64,000 nt of DNA from Cirrosporium novae-zelandiae (lineage: Eukaryota), in assembly GCA_026023565.1 (NCBI GenBank), contig JAPETS010000019.1, positions 434,001 to 498,000 of the forward strand, read 5' to 3'. The translations under genes and the position numbers were made by a program. The notes beneath the pieces were generated by a model, which saw only the letters and a program-made list of their open reading frames with translations, was not told the origin of the DNA and ran no database searches. Positions 13,911 to 27,605 of this stretch are shown here, in pieces (position 1 is the first letter of the stretch; each line of letters opens with the position of its first letter).

Positions 13911-15026
13911 CTACGCCTTCTTTTCCAATTCCAACAGACTCCTGGCGGTATCCGTCATTGTCTCCTCTAGCGACCTTGGGTACGTTAATCCTAAGATCTT
14001 CCTGCTCTTTTCGTTGTTGACCTTGTACAATTCCATTCCGCCGAACTCGGTGCCGGGTTTCCCGATCGGTACTCGGTCCCTCAGCTCCGGCAGGTTCTTC
14101 CTAATGATATCGCAGACGCCCTGGTACGAGAAATTGCCGCCGACGATGAAGAATCTTTGGTTGGCGGCTTCTTCCTTCTCGTATGCGCGAAGGTGCGCGA
14201 GAGACACGTCTCGGGCATCGACCCAGCTGAAAACGAATTGTGTTGCTACGGGCATGTCTGGCTTGTTTGTGGGTGCCATGAATTGGTAGATGTCGGCGGC
14301 GCTTGAGTTTAGGGTCTTGATTGTCACCTTTTCTTGCAAAAGAGGTCCGTACACCATGGGTGGGCAGATTGTTGCCACGGTGAAGTTTGGTTTCTCTTTC
14401 TCGAGGAAATCCCATGCTGCCTTCTCGGCAAGCTTCTTGGAGGCGCAGTACGCGATTACGCCTGAAGTATCCTTCTTGGCTGCCAATTCATATGTGTCTG
14501 GATTCCAGTCCTCCTCGGTGTAGGTGTGTCCTGGCCATGCGCCTTTGGACATGTCGGCTAGAGCAGCGTAGGATGAAGTGATGACGACCCGGCGTACCTG
14601 AGGGGCATGGGCGTGAACAGACTTTAGGATGTTTTGAGTGCCAAGAATGGCAGGCTTCAAGAGATCACGTTCGTTGTCCTCGACGGCCAAGACGAAAGGA
14701 GAGGCTGTATGGATGACCTATGAAAGGGGTTAGTATCTATCTAACCGGGAGAAGACGAAGAGCCTTGAGCGGCAACGACGTACCCCATCAACACCCTTTA
14801 CTGCTTCATCAAAGGCTGATGGTGCTAGAATGTCTGGAACAATGGCAAATGAAAGCCTATCTGCATATTTGGCATGGCTCTGACGGACTTGGTTCGCTGA
14901 ATTCTCAGATCGAACTGTTCCTCGGACTTTGTACCCAGCTGACAGAAATTCATTGAGCACATGTGCAGCCACGAAGCCTGAGGCACCCGTGATAAGGATA
15001 AGCTGTTCTGAGGGTCCTTTGGCCAT
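13911..15026 (-). CDS. NAD(P)-dependent epimerase/dehydratase-family aldehyde/methylglyoxal reductase (Gre2-like)
   Basis: Rossmann motif ILITGASGFVA, HTASPF, TSS and catalytic YCASK. One intron, 14718-14783. Confidence 0.92.
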
Positions 15027-18000
15027 GATGGAGTTCTTTTAGGAGAGAAGGGATATATTTTGAAGCTTGTAAGGTAGTCCAGAAAAAGTAATGAGATTGG
15101 TATCAATATCAAATGGATACCTTGGAGGGGAATTGAAAGAATAAATATGGCATTGCAACATCTCCACCATAACCTAGTGAGGTCACATTTAGATTCTACA
15201 TGACGCTCATGAAACAAAGCCTGGCCATTGTTGTTAATACGGAGAAGAACTAAAGAAAATGCTCCATATAAAGGAGAGAGAACCGCGGTTGTTCTAATGG
15301 GGTAGTTGGAATTTGTAAATAGTGTTAGCTGTTTTAATATGGCATGAAAGAAGACAGCTCGATAGTGGGTCCCTTTGGAGCTGTAACGTGGAGCGGATAA
15401 CAGTCTTCCTTTCGACATCTTGCTTGAAGATCCATTTAGTATCCACACAAAAGAAAAAGGCATGGCCCGGTTGATCATGCCAATTTACAATAGTTTGTAT
15501 GCTTAATAAAACTCCAAAGTTATTTACCATGTAATTACTGAAGATGGAAATTTTATCAACGCCAAGACTTTCGGGATCAAGCGACGACGACGGCAACAGC
15601 AACAACAACGACGACGAAACAACCTGAGGCCACCAGGGTTCCATGAATTTTGATTTCATCTTCTTCCAGCAGTAGGCCCTTGTTGTTCTTCACCGACATA
15701 TCAAATATTTTGAGTTTTATTAAAAAAATCGAGTCTCCACTTGTCCCTCAAAGTCGTGCCTGGAAGATCCGGTTTTTGTCTTGATCCGATTTGCGGGGCT
15801 TAACACTGATAATGATAATTCAAAAACAAACTCTTTTGCGGAGATATCTTCCCCTTATCTCCCCTCTTTCTTCACCTTAAGAGGAGTTGAAGATAACCGC
15901 GTTCTAAAGGACACCCAATTCTCAATTGCCAATTGAAGAGAAAAAAAACTTGTTGTCACGAAGAAGACTTATATTTAATACTAATTACGTACGTGCTATT
16001 GCTAGCAAGTTTAAATGCTCGTACGATCTCAGCACCCTTGAGTGCCGATAAAGTGGAGATATGCGGCACGGCAATGGGCAATGGCGGAATAATGATGATT
16101 GTTCCAGCCAAACGGCTATGCACACGTTCAGGAATAAGTACCTAGGTAGTTACCATCGTTCTTACCAGTATTATACATGGCCGTGATTTCTTCAGCATCA
16201 TCTTCGATACTATATGTTTCACGCTATCCTGCTAATAAAACCTCCTCCTTGAATAATTCTCAACTACAGCGATACCAACCTATGATTGGGTTTTCCTCAC
16301 AAGCATGTTTCTTTAACCAATGTCTCGTGGACTTTGACCGCGTATCTCATATGCGTGCAATGAGAAAAGCCTGAGATGAGATAATGTCTATCCTTGATCA
16401 AAGTCAATTTCTATGCATAGAATGTTGAGAATGCTTCCGAATAAACACCGACTCTTGGTTTTAGTTGTCCTAGTTACCAGCCCAGACCATGACAGCCCAA
16501 GGGCTATGGTGGTCTCTCAGTACGAATTTTATCGTGGGGAGGGGATTGAAAAGGGATTTTTTGCGGTGTTGAGGTTTGAGGAAAGGGATATTAGGGCCTC
16601 GGGGTTCGGTGATATAATTCGCCGTGCTCACTCCCGATGCTCGCCGTGATGTTCCTGAAACCTGAAAGTCTTCTGTTAACCACCGAGGCTCGCTGACAGG
16701 GACTGCAGGCTAAACTCTTGCCGCTAGGCCAAAAGGGCGATGGCTACCTGCTATATAACCGACTACTCCGGAACACTCGCACTTTATTGAACGCCCTAAT
16801 ACTAAAATTAAAAATTTACTGATTTTTGTCCAGGTAGGTAGCCTAGCTAGCAGGTCTCTCTAATTACCCTAAGAGGTTGAGGGGTGTTTTCCAGAAATAA
16901 ACTCCCAATTTGGGATAATTAGGTCCAGGTCGAACACGCACTCATGGGGTACAGTATGCCGGGTTAGGGCCCAACCCTCTCCCGATGTTTAGCTACCCCA
17001 GCTTTACACCCCTCAAGTTCATCATTCGCTCCATTCACTCGAAAAGCACTCATTCGAAAGGCATTCACTCACCAATATCACCATTCACCCCCTCAGCCCT
17101 GCAACATATATCTTCTCGTTCTCACCTACGCCCTTACAAATCCAATCCACATATTTCATCCATTAAATTTGCTTGCTCGACCAAAAAGCCATCTTGTCCG
17201 TTCTATATAATTCTTACGATAACCAGCCTTGAAAATCGTATATACTCAGATTGTTAACAAGAGTTTTTATATTATGCTGTGCAGCTATGACATTTTTGCC
17301 ATCTTTTCCTTATACTTTCCTGTCCAAAGCGTTCCTTTTTGTTAAGCATAATTAACGATACTAATCTTTCTATCATTGGTAGAGATACCTCTTCGACCCG
17401 CTGGCGTGACGAGTCCTATGGATCAAAAGACTAACATCATGTATTCTGTGAAACCAAAGATCTTAAATATTTTATTACCTATCTAGAACCAACTTACTGC
17501 GGATATACACTTTGCAATGCCATCATCCCCATCACAGTCGGGAACCAAACTCAAGCAAAGCGAAATATAAGGCTCATGAAGATATCGAGGATCAGAATGG
17601 TAGCATTGCAACCTTCCTGACCTTTCAATAAAACAATTTTTGTAGAATCGTTAAGGCAGCTAATCCAGAAAAAGGATAACACACAGCAATCTGAAGAAAA
17701 TCACACAAAGAAGCATGCCCAATACTATACCTAACACCGCCAACGACGGAATACGTCGCTTTCGTGGAGCCAAGCGATCCTCATAGCCCCACCGCTCCCC
17801 CTACTCTTACTGGTCGCGATCTCTATATCAACTTCCTTATTTCCAACGACGATCGTGGACAAGCCTATCTCTTCACCAACCCCCTCGCCAATCTCTTCGC
17901 CAGTCATTTGTCCAGTCCATTCGCCTCCCCCTTCGCCACCACCCTCCATCGTTACTCGCTGTCCACTTTCTCTCATTTCTCGTTGCCCACTCCTATCGTC

Positions 18001-18870
18001 CCGCTCCGTCGATAGGTAAGTCAGGCTCAACAATTTATAAGGCCCTTATGCGCGGGCGTATCCATCGAGAGATCCATTGGGCTCTGGGGTGTACCGACCC
18101 TTTCTCCCCCACCATCCGACGAGAACATTAAAAGAATAGGAAAGATGTAATTCATTGCTCTTCCTAAACTCGCTAAAAGAAATAGAAACTATTTATAGAG
18201 TACGGATGTACCAATAAAACATGTTTCCTCCAAAGCCCTCACAAGAGCAAGGAGAAGAACAAAGGCACCAACAATCGTTGGCAAAGCAGGAGGAACTACT
18301 ACTGGTCCTACAATCCATGAATATAAAATTGGACACCACCATATAACGCCCCCCCACTATTCGACCACGCCCCCTAAACCACATTACAATCAATACCACA
18401 CCCATCATCCATAGATCGCCAATTTTCCTTTAACCCCAGAGTTCGCCACACCTCCTAGCGCCAACCTCCTGCCCTGTGGGTCTGGGCCTGGATTCGCCAG
18501 TTCCGGACTTATCCATCCGTTCCTTCGGGATGGAAGCTCGTACCTAGCTTAGAGATGATGAGGTTAGGGTTGTTGGGCGGTCTCATTGAAGATTGAGAAA
18601 AAGCAAGCGATGGTATCTAAGTCTTTGAGCTCCCTAAGGAATTTACTGACATGGTTGCACATTTATTTATTTTATATACCCTTGTTATAAGCATCTACTA
18701 ATTGACCGACTTGGTTCGTCAATAAATAGGGTTCCGGGAATATCATAAAAAAAAAAGAGAAAGGAAGAAAGAAGAAACGAGAAAACCCTGGCTGTTATCT
18801 AACTAGAGCCAAGCCAACCAACCTACCAAAAAAAAGCCCAATCATTCAATTATACTATCCCCCTTCACAC

Positions 18871-20512
18871 TCACTTATAAACCTCCCCCGCAACAAAATC
18901 ATACAAATCCAACTCTTCAAGCGCTTCTTTAATAATCTCTAACCCCCTGCTAAACTCTGCATCCGAAATCACCATCGCAGGACTAAGTCTCAATCCATTA
19001 TACGACGGCTTCCCATCAGCGCGCGGGGGGTCCTGGCGGGGATAAATAAACAGACCCTTATGCATACATATGGACGCGAGCCTCCTCACGGAGACCTCCG
19101 GCACGACTTCGATCTCGGCGTCGGCGCCACGGTTCGTGAAGGATTGGACCTGGGGGCATTTCCAGGAGGAGACGGTGGAAGTAAAGAGGGCGCCTATTTC
19201 GGCAGCGCGCTGGACCAGGTTTTCGGAATCGATGACCTCGAGCGCCGCGGTTGTGGCGGCCACGGCGATGGGGCTCAGGGCGAAGGTAGAGGCGCTTTCG
19301 TAGGAGCCGATTACAGACATGACGTCTTCGGTGCCGAGGATGTAGCTTTGTGGGTACACGCCCCCCGTAATGGATTTGCCCATGGTAACCATGTCCGGTT
19401 TGCAGTCGGCGCCCAGGTGGTTGAAGGCGAAGAATTTTCCCGTCTTGCCGCACCCCTGGCGGATCTCGTCCGCGATGAAGAGGATGTTGTGTTTTTTGCA
19501 AAGGTCGTATATCCCGCGTGCATAATCGACTTCTTGTTGGAAGGTACTAGAGGGGGAGTTGGGTGTGTTAGTTTTATTTTTTAGGGGGGGGGAGAGGTGA
19601 TATGTGATGGATAAAGTTAGGTTAAAAAGGTGTGGGTGCTTACAGTAAATGGCCGTGTGTGACTTCCAATATCACGGCTGCAATTCGAGCGTGGTGTTGC
19701 TCGATGCATGCTTTCATCGGTGCGAGATTTCCGTACTCCAGTGTTTCTTTGGTTGTGGGGTTATAGTTAATTTGCTTGGACCAATCTAGGCCGTATTCTG
19801 GATGGCGAAGAATATTAGTCAGGGGCCTCTGTGAGTGGGTGTATCAGTCCAAGGCTTCATCACATACCGGCTCGTTTTGGCGAGGGGTCTTGCAAGTTCC
19901 AGACACCCCCGGTCAAGCCATGGTAGCAGGCCCCCGTTCCCAGAACCAAAACATCATCGGCCGAAATTCCCTTTTTGGTGATTCCCCATTTGCGAGCAGT
20001 CTTGCAGGCTGTGTCTGCAGCCTCTGCACCAGATATCATGGCGCAGATCTTGTCGTATCCGAATCGCTTGCACATCATTTCCGCAAAGGGTCCCCATGTC
20101 GCCGTGTGTGCGGCCATGTTGCTTAGCGTAACTAAAAGACCATTGATCAGAACGATCTTGAGGTGGTCGCAAAGCAATGTCATAGTGCTTACTCTTCTGT
20201 ATTTCTTCGGTGACGGCTTTGACAATCTTGGGGTGGCAGTGGCCTTGGTTGACTGCGCTGAACATGGCCACGAAGTCAATGTATTCTTTTCCATCAACAT
20301 CCTGCAGAGATATTAGAGACAAAGAAACGATCACGATCAAGGGATGGTGAGTGATGACGAACATATAGCTTGGAACCTTTGCCTTCCTTGAGGAATATAG
20401 GAACAGGTTCGAATCCTCCAGCACAATATTTGAATTCTGTCTTTAGCAGCTTCTGCGCCGTAGGACTCAAATCAAGCCTTTTCAGAGGCTTGGTTTGTTC
20501 TATTGAGCCCAT
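18871..20512 (-). CDS. Class-III PLP aminotransferase, divergent ornithine-aminotransferase-like paralog (about 4 introns)
   Basis: SAVNQGHCHPKI, SGAEA, ADEIRQGCGKTG, PLP lysine in DMVTMGKSITGG, and LRLSP. Exons are spread over ORFs 20294-20512, 19954-20424, 19860-20300 and 18871-19392. Confidence 0.9.
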
Positions 20513-21078
20513 GTTTGAAAGTAGAAGATGGAGATGCTGCTTGTGGGGTAGGGTGAATATGAATATTGAGGTTGGAATAAGGACGAATGATTTAATAATT
20601 TAAAACTGGAGATAATAGCTCTCCTTCAAGTGCAGCAGCTTAACATTTATAGACAATTATCATGTCCGTCATAGCCTAGAGACAACAAATGGACAATAAA
20701 ATGAATCATCATCATAGACAATTATCGGGCCCCCATCTTGCTTGAAACCGCACTTGAACAGCAGTAGCCTGGAACGGCAGCTACAGAACCTAAACGTGGA
20801 TCCATTATCACAAAACCCCTCTAATCACATTATCCAAGAGAGTAAGATTTAACATGCGAAGCCCAGCTATCAGCCATGGACCTGGTAGTGAATCCATTCG
20901 GCATGTAAAGGCGAGAAATATGGGGTGATGGGCAAAGTGTGATATGCGCGCTTGAGAAAAAGTAGTATCGGTATGGAGTGGTTGTGTTGCATTACACATA
21001 GATTCAGAGTTATATATAATCTTGGGTCTTGTTGGGTCTTGTTGTTTGGATGTGAATATCGCATATAGTTTCCCAACC

Positions 21079-21283
21079 GGGCAAGGGGCGATAAGCGCGT
21101 TCCAACGTCCTTATCGTGCCCACGCCGGAACTTGGCAGTACCCGAGTTCGACATCTGGTGGGGTTTTTTTGTTTTGAACCTTTGATTTTAATTCTTTTTT
21201 TGTCCTTGTTTATTGTTAGTTTTCCTTGTAGAGGGTTGTGATCGGAGATAGCCACATGAAAATATAAAAATGCCACAGATAAG
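21079..21283. promoter_or_regulatory. GATAAG cluster (candidate AreA/NIT2 sites) upstream of the aminotransferase
   Basis: Inverted pair CGATAAG (21089-21095) and CTTATCG (21110-21116), 14 nt apart and flanked by GGGCA/TGCCC. A third GATAAG lies at 21278-21283. Confidence 0.4.
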
Positions 21284-21346
21284 AGCGCTGCGACTGTATG
21301 ATCAAGGAGAGGCCCCACTATACACCCTCTAACACTTCAAAACATA

Positions 21347-22556
21347 TCAATCATCGTTAATATACTTCTCAAATACCTCCGCATAATGTCTCCTCCCCAC
21401 ATCTGGATGGCTCCTAATTTTCGTTCGCAGCTGTGACTCTCCCCAAGTGTCATACTTTCCCCTCAAGAATGCCGAATCGATCCTTGAGCCCTCCTCGGAC
21501 TCAACACCCTCCCCCTCACTCTGACCGAAATACTCCCATAGTGCGGCAAAATCTTTCTTGGTGAGATCACCCCTCACGCCCTGGAAGAACGGGACGCTGT
21601 AGCGTTCCCATGGACCCGAGAGAACCCGATGCGTCGTCGCCTTGCAGACACCATTCGTCACGACCTCGAATGCCTGTCCGATATTAACAACAAAGGTCCC
21701 CGGAATAACAGGAACATCGATCCAGTCCCCAGCTTTATTCAAGGCTTGCAGGCCTTTGACCTCTGGCGGAGAAGCCTGTAGCAGGAATGTCCACCAGCCG
21801 GAAGAATCCTTGTGGGGGCCGACGCCTTGGTTGCTTGAGGGGTCATGGGTGTCAACGGGGGCGTAGTGCGCTAGCTTTAGGCGGTGCTGGTGGGAGAGAA
21901 AGGGGAAGAATGTGCTGGGTGGTAGGTTGAGGGCTTCTGCGACTAACTCCAGGAACCGTTCAGATAGAGCGGTAAGTTCGCGCAGGTAGGTTTCTACGAT
22001 AGGGCGGAGTTGGGGAAATGCGGATGGCCACTGGGGATCGAAATTAGCAATTTTATAAAGAACCCAAAAAACAATAGCTATGAAGCTATGGAGAATATCA
22101 AAGTTGGAAAGAGAATCCCAAATACGTCGCAATACGCCATCATTCAAATAAACCCACCTGATTCACCCCCCTCATTAACCGCTCATAAGCCTTACCTCCC
22201 TTCTTATCCCCTACCCCAACATCTGCTGTCCCAAACTCAAACTGCTCCCTCCAGTCTGCTCTCCCTCCGGTCCTCTCCTCCCCAACGCCACTCCACCCCA
22301 AAAACGCACTACTCTTCACCAACGCAACCTCCTCCTTCTCCTTCTCGCCAAGCCGAAACAGCTCTGGTAGGACATTGATGAGATCGGAGATTATGTTGGC
22401 GGGCACGCCGTGGTTTTCGACGAGGAGGAAGCCGGTTGTGATAAGGGCATCATGGAGAGATCCGAGGAGGGCAGGACGGGTTTGAGGGGAGGAGGCGAGG
22501 GAGAGATCGAGGAGGGGGATTTGGGTAAAGGATTGGGATTTGGAAGAGGGGAGCAT
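21347..22556 (-). CDS. 2-oxoglutarate/Fe(II) dioxygenase (IPNS/DIOX_N + 2OG-FeII_Oxy), 360 aa
   Basis: IPLLDLS...GFLLVENHGVP, HKD, NIGQ...TTHRV and RYSVPFF. One intron, 22031-22157, joins NQ to WPS. Confidence 0.92.
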
Positions 22557-23333
22557 GGTTCGTGGGTTTGGAGCCTGAGTGAAGAGCGAATGCGATGGAG
22601 AGGTAATTGGAAATTAGAGAAATTAGAGACCTGTATATATATTGTCTGCGAATTTAGGTACGAATGACTTCTAGGTCAGGTATACGATAAGACTCGAGTT
22701 TAAGTAAATATTTAAAGGATAATTTTGTGTATATGTTCGCTGCAATGCGATGCGAACAGATCAAAAGCACGCAATCAGGTTCTTGCAGGACGTCATAAAC
22801 TAATGTCAAGTTCGTAGCTAGTACAGTACATCAACTCAGCAAGGAATGTTTTTATTCTTCTTCTTCTCGACAGTCAGTAATCAATGAATATAAGAAAACG
22901 CAATTGTCATACAGGATTTTTTATATCTCGAGATGGCAACTAAAGTATGGAATAATTGAGGGTAGTTGATTTTGAGTGTGTGAGGGATACGGGGCTTGGT
23001 TAGGTATGTTGGAGTTTTACAAGGCAAGGGTCTGAGGGTACAACCCGAAAGTGACATCCCGAGGCATCTCCATTGAGAACCCAGACTTGAACCCAAAGTG
23101 GAATCGACTACAGCTATGCAAGATAATGGAATATACCTCGGTAAGCTCACAACTCTCCAAAGTTTCCATGGCACACCTTCTATCATCCCATATTGTTTCT
23201 AGGAGCAATTTTATGGGTAATAACATGACTGGGAGACTGGCATCGACTTTTTATGACATTCCAGCCCGAAGCCACCAAGTTACAATCCCTTCATCAGTTA
23301 GTACAGGACTCTAAATAAACTCATCTACTTTCT

Positions 23334-25409
23334 TCACACCCTATGTTCGGTTTTCAAGTGGTCTTTCGAATTAGCATGGATATCGACATCATCAAGAATG
23401 CATTCCTCCCGTTTTGCTGCCTCGATCCTTGCCAACTTGAGCTTCCGGGTTCGTTTCTCGGTATCCCAAGTCACAACCCAAGTTATAAGTGTGAAGACAA
23501 TGGCACCCCCAATCATAGCCATCGCTACAGCAAATGAGGTAGTGTAATGCGGTGCATATTGGGATCGAAAAAGCTGGGGACCTATGGCCCCTCCAATTTG
23601 ACCATAACTGTTAACAAACCCAATCGAGAATGCAGATCCAGTTGCTCGTTCCGTCGTTTGGACTCGCCAAGGCCACATCATTGGATACCTACCACTTGTC
23701 AGCCAAGTACACCCATTGATGGATTTGGGCACCTACCAGGATGAAGCCATGGCATTAGAGATGACTGTGGCAGCATATACCCCCCCATTACTTGGGAATG
23801 TATAAAGCACACTGTAGCAAGATAAGATGACAACGAGAAAGAAAAGCGGATATAGTGGTCGTGGTAGACGGGCGCTGTCTGCCCAAATACCAAAGACGGC
23901 AATGGTGATGATTGTTAGGACAGCTGTTGGTATGTTTAACAGCTGACTCTGTCCAATGGATCTATATGAAATAAGCTTTGACGAATATAGACGACGGAAA
24001 GCCTTACGTGAAGCCTAGATTTGCTATAACAGTTGGTTGATAGAAAGTTAGGCCACTGGTTCCGATTGTAAGGCATGCCCAAATCAGGGTAAACAGCCAA
24101 AGCTTCTTATCCTTGAGCGCAACAAGAATCTCTCGGTAGTTGAAGTTCATCTCGGATGCTAGAGGAGCATTGCTGGGGAGTCGCGCTTGAATGAATGCCT
24201 TTTCTTTATCCGTGAGCCATTTGGCTTGGGTTGGGACTGTGAAATATATGAACAAGAGATCCATTTAAATATTTTTTAATCTTACAATCAGGGAGGATAA
24301 AGAATAGAGCTATTCCAAAAATCACAGTTGCGATTCCCTCGACCAAAAACATCCTAAGGAAGAGTTACTGTGTGTAAAGAGATCATGAGGGTATGTCTTA
24401 CCATTGCCAACCTGATAAGCTTCCATGACCGGAGACACCGTTAAAAGCGTATGCAAGAAGACCGCTAATCACGCCAGAGAAGTTTCCCAACATATCTAAA
24501 TCATCAAGTGTTAAAACAATCCTTACGACTGATTCCTGATACACTTACAGAAATATAGCAACCTGAGGGACATTTCATCTGGGCGATACCAATATGTCAT
24601 CTGAAGGATAACTCCCGGAAACATTCCAGCTTCGGCCTAATTTTGAATAGAATAAGAGTTTGGTTTCTTTCATCAATCAAAATGTACTGCTTACCAGCCC
24701 AAGGAAAAAACGTGCAATATACAGGCCCTGCTTACTCGTCACAGCTGCATGGCACGCCAAGGCTGCTCCCCATGTTACCTTTATTTTGTTAGTAAAGATA
24801 TATTGGTCTTGGAACCTATTTTTCAGGGTATTCCGGCAGTCCTCACCATTATACGCGATTGCCAGCGCGATGGAAGCAGTCGCTTGATGAGCAAATTGGA
24901 AGGTGCTTCAAAGACAATATAAGGGATCTATGACTAGATTAACATATAATCTATAATAATTAAGGGGAAGATATGAGGATAAAACCTACGTAATACACCG
25001 TGGTTACAAGGTTGTACTCATTAGCTGTCATGGATAGCTGGGTTAGAATATTCTGATCCGTTCCTTTGTTCATAATTTTCACGTTTGAAACCTAGGCAAG
25101 TACTTGTTAAGTGGACATATTTTTCCAAAACATAGGAGGCCATACATTTGAACTATCAAGATTCTTTGCCAAGAACATCAACGCACAGAGAGGCATAAGG
25201 TGCCAGTCGATTCGTCGAAGCAGTTTCTTCTCATCAGCTGCTGAGAGAGACATCCGAGCTTGCATGCGCTCTGCATCGTAACCTTCGATGCTATCCTCCA
25301 CAAAAGCATTTTGTTCAAGTACCTCTCCTCGACGTGTGTAGTGAAGTTCTTCGCTGCTGGTATCTGACCCTGTGGTCACAATATCCGGTATAAACTTGTC
25401 CAGCGCCAT
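23334..25409 (-). CDS. MFS transporter, allantoate permease (Dal5/ACS) family, multi-intron
   Basis: KLLRRIDWHLMP...NLD, RFFLG..EAGMFPG, YWYRP, GWQWMF..EG, and NSYGQIGGAIGPQLF. Many short introns. Confidence 0.9.
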
Positions 25410-26124
25410 GAGCTCGAGAACTTTACCGTAAAAAGCTTTCACAACTCACGTTAATTACCAAGGTTTTTGGGCGAGATGTCAGCTTGCAGCGAGTCCTTGG
25501 AAATGTCTTTAGTTGGAAATAAAAAGGAGAGGAGAATTTGTCTATTGAAAGCCACCGTAAAGCCTTTATTCTTGTTACTTGCAATAGACTCCATGGCGAT
25601 GTCCTATATGAAGTATCTTTTGTTTGTAGAGTCAAAATCCGCAATGTATTCCGTAGAGTCCGAGCGGTGGGGATTTTGGATTGCGCCATTAGCCCTAATA
25701 ACATCACACCTTCTATCTCCCAATTATAAATGGATGTCTCCAAAAATACCTATTAGTGATGACAAAGTAAAAAAAAGTCTCTTATCGTATAATTTATTCA
25801 TATTGCCAATTGCAAGGTTTGCCTGACGTGCTTTTTTGCGGGGTTCCTGACGTATTCCCGACATACTCAACCACATCAATCCATCCTCTAAGCATCCATC
25901 GTTGAAGAGCTAGAAATGGTGAAGATGAAAAATGACCATGAGATAGCGGGGCTACTTCTATGATCAATCCAACAACTCCAAGTTGTGCAGTTTCGTAATA
26001 TTTGACGTTCATATACGGTGGATTGAACTCTACAAATAGAGCAGCATCGCTCCGAGACCGAGACTCTCCTGAAATTTGGTTAACATATACAAACGTATTT
26101 CAGTCATAATATTAAAATTCGATC

Positions 26125-27330
26125 ATGGCTCAGACGGCGACATTGACCAGCTCTGCACCTATTCCTGCGTTGCCTCTGTACCACCAGGTACCGGAGACCA
26201 AGTATGATCGTAAGAGAACACACTGAATGAAGCAGTTTGATTCTAACATAAATGTGTAGTCAACTGGGCAGACTTAGTAACACTAGACCTTTCGCAATTT
26301 GACAAGCCTGGAGGGAAGCAGAAACTTGCAGCTCAGCTTTTTGATGCTATTCAAAAGATCGGTACGAATGAATTGCTGTTGTATTAGATGATTGCTGATG
26401 AGGCTGATACTAGGCTTCTTTTATATTATCAACTTTGGGTTCACTCAGGAAGAAGTCGACTACCAATTTGCAATTGGCAGGGAATTTTTTGAGCTCCCTA
26501 CTGAAGAGAAGTTGAAGTACCGTGCCGACCTAGAACATGGAGGTTACAATGGATATAAACCTCTTGGAATCCGAGAACTCAAACCTGGCCACTACGATAA
26601 CACCGAAATATATAATATACCCAAATTCATACCTGAATATACGCGGCCTCATCCAGAGGTAATAAAAGAGCATTGGAATAAGATTGAGCACTTTGGCCGT
26701 CACATTCATGAGCATATTGTTGGGAAGCTTCTCGTACTGTTAGCCATCATTCTCGAACTACCTGAGGATTATTTCCTTCAGAGTCACCGATATAATGAGA
26801 AAAGCGATTGTCATCTCCGTTATATGCTTTATCACTCTAGATCAGCCGAAGAGAATGCAGAGCTAGATAATGTGTGGGTCAAGGGCCACACGGATTTTGG
26901 AAGTTTGACCCTCCTATTTCGGCAACCTGTAGCAGCATTGCAGGTGCGCACACCCGAGGGACAGTGGAAGCATGTGAAACCTTATCCCGAAAGTATAACG
27001 GTCAACATTGCGGATTCTCTTCAGTTCCTCACCAATGGTTTTCTCAAGAGTAGTATTCATCGCGTCATTGCACCTCCAGAGGACCAAGCAAACATTGATC
27101 GACTCGGTGTCTTGTATTTTGTCAGGCCAGAAGACAAAACCGAGCTGACACCAGTCAAAAGCCCTGTGCTTGATTGTCTGAACTACCAATCAACCGACAA
27201 CTCAGCTAAAGGAATAACAGCTGGTGAATGGGTTAAAGCGCGTGTGACAAAGAATGTGGGCAAGTATGTTGATGTTGAAAATTCTGAGCAATCAATCATC
27301 AAAGGGGTAAAAGCGAAATATTATGATTGA
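26125..27330 (+). CDS. 2-oxoglutarate/Fe(II) dioxygenase (IPNS-like), divergent from the MFS gene
   Basis: WADLVTLDLS..GFFYIINFG, HTDFGSLTLLF, NIAD...SSIHRV and RLGVLYF. Introns near 26210-26259 and 26362-26413. Confidence 0.92.
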
Positions 27331-27605
27331 TATTATAATACCACCTAAGACCCTGACACCATAAAATTGATGGTTGTAAGAGATTTTCAAATCAGTCAAC
27401 TGGAGGAAATTTAGTGAACAGAAATCGTTATTGTATATTGCGATACGTGTAGATAGGAACAAAAATAAGAATAACGTGGTAGCTTTGGCTCCGCAGACAG
27501 TTAGGCTAGCCTTGCCAATGACGTAGCCTCGATTTTCCACAGCTACTACAAGTAGTCTACAGCGACTCCCAGACACTCAAATAACAAAACAACATTACAT
27601 CTACT

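Noticed and set aside
21079..21170. tRNA-like look (hairpins, GTTCGA, trailing poly-T)
   Set aside because: The T-stem and acceptor stem do not pair and there is no proper anticodon loop. An inverted GATA pair in a promoter explains it better.
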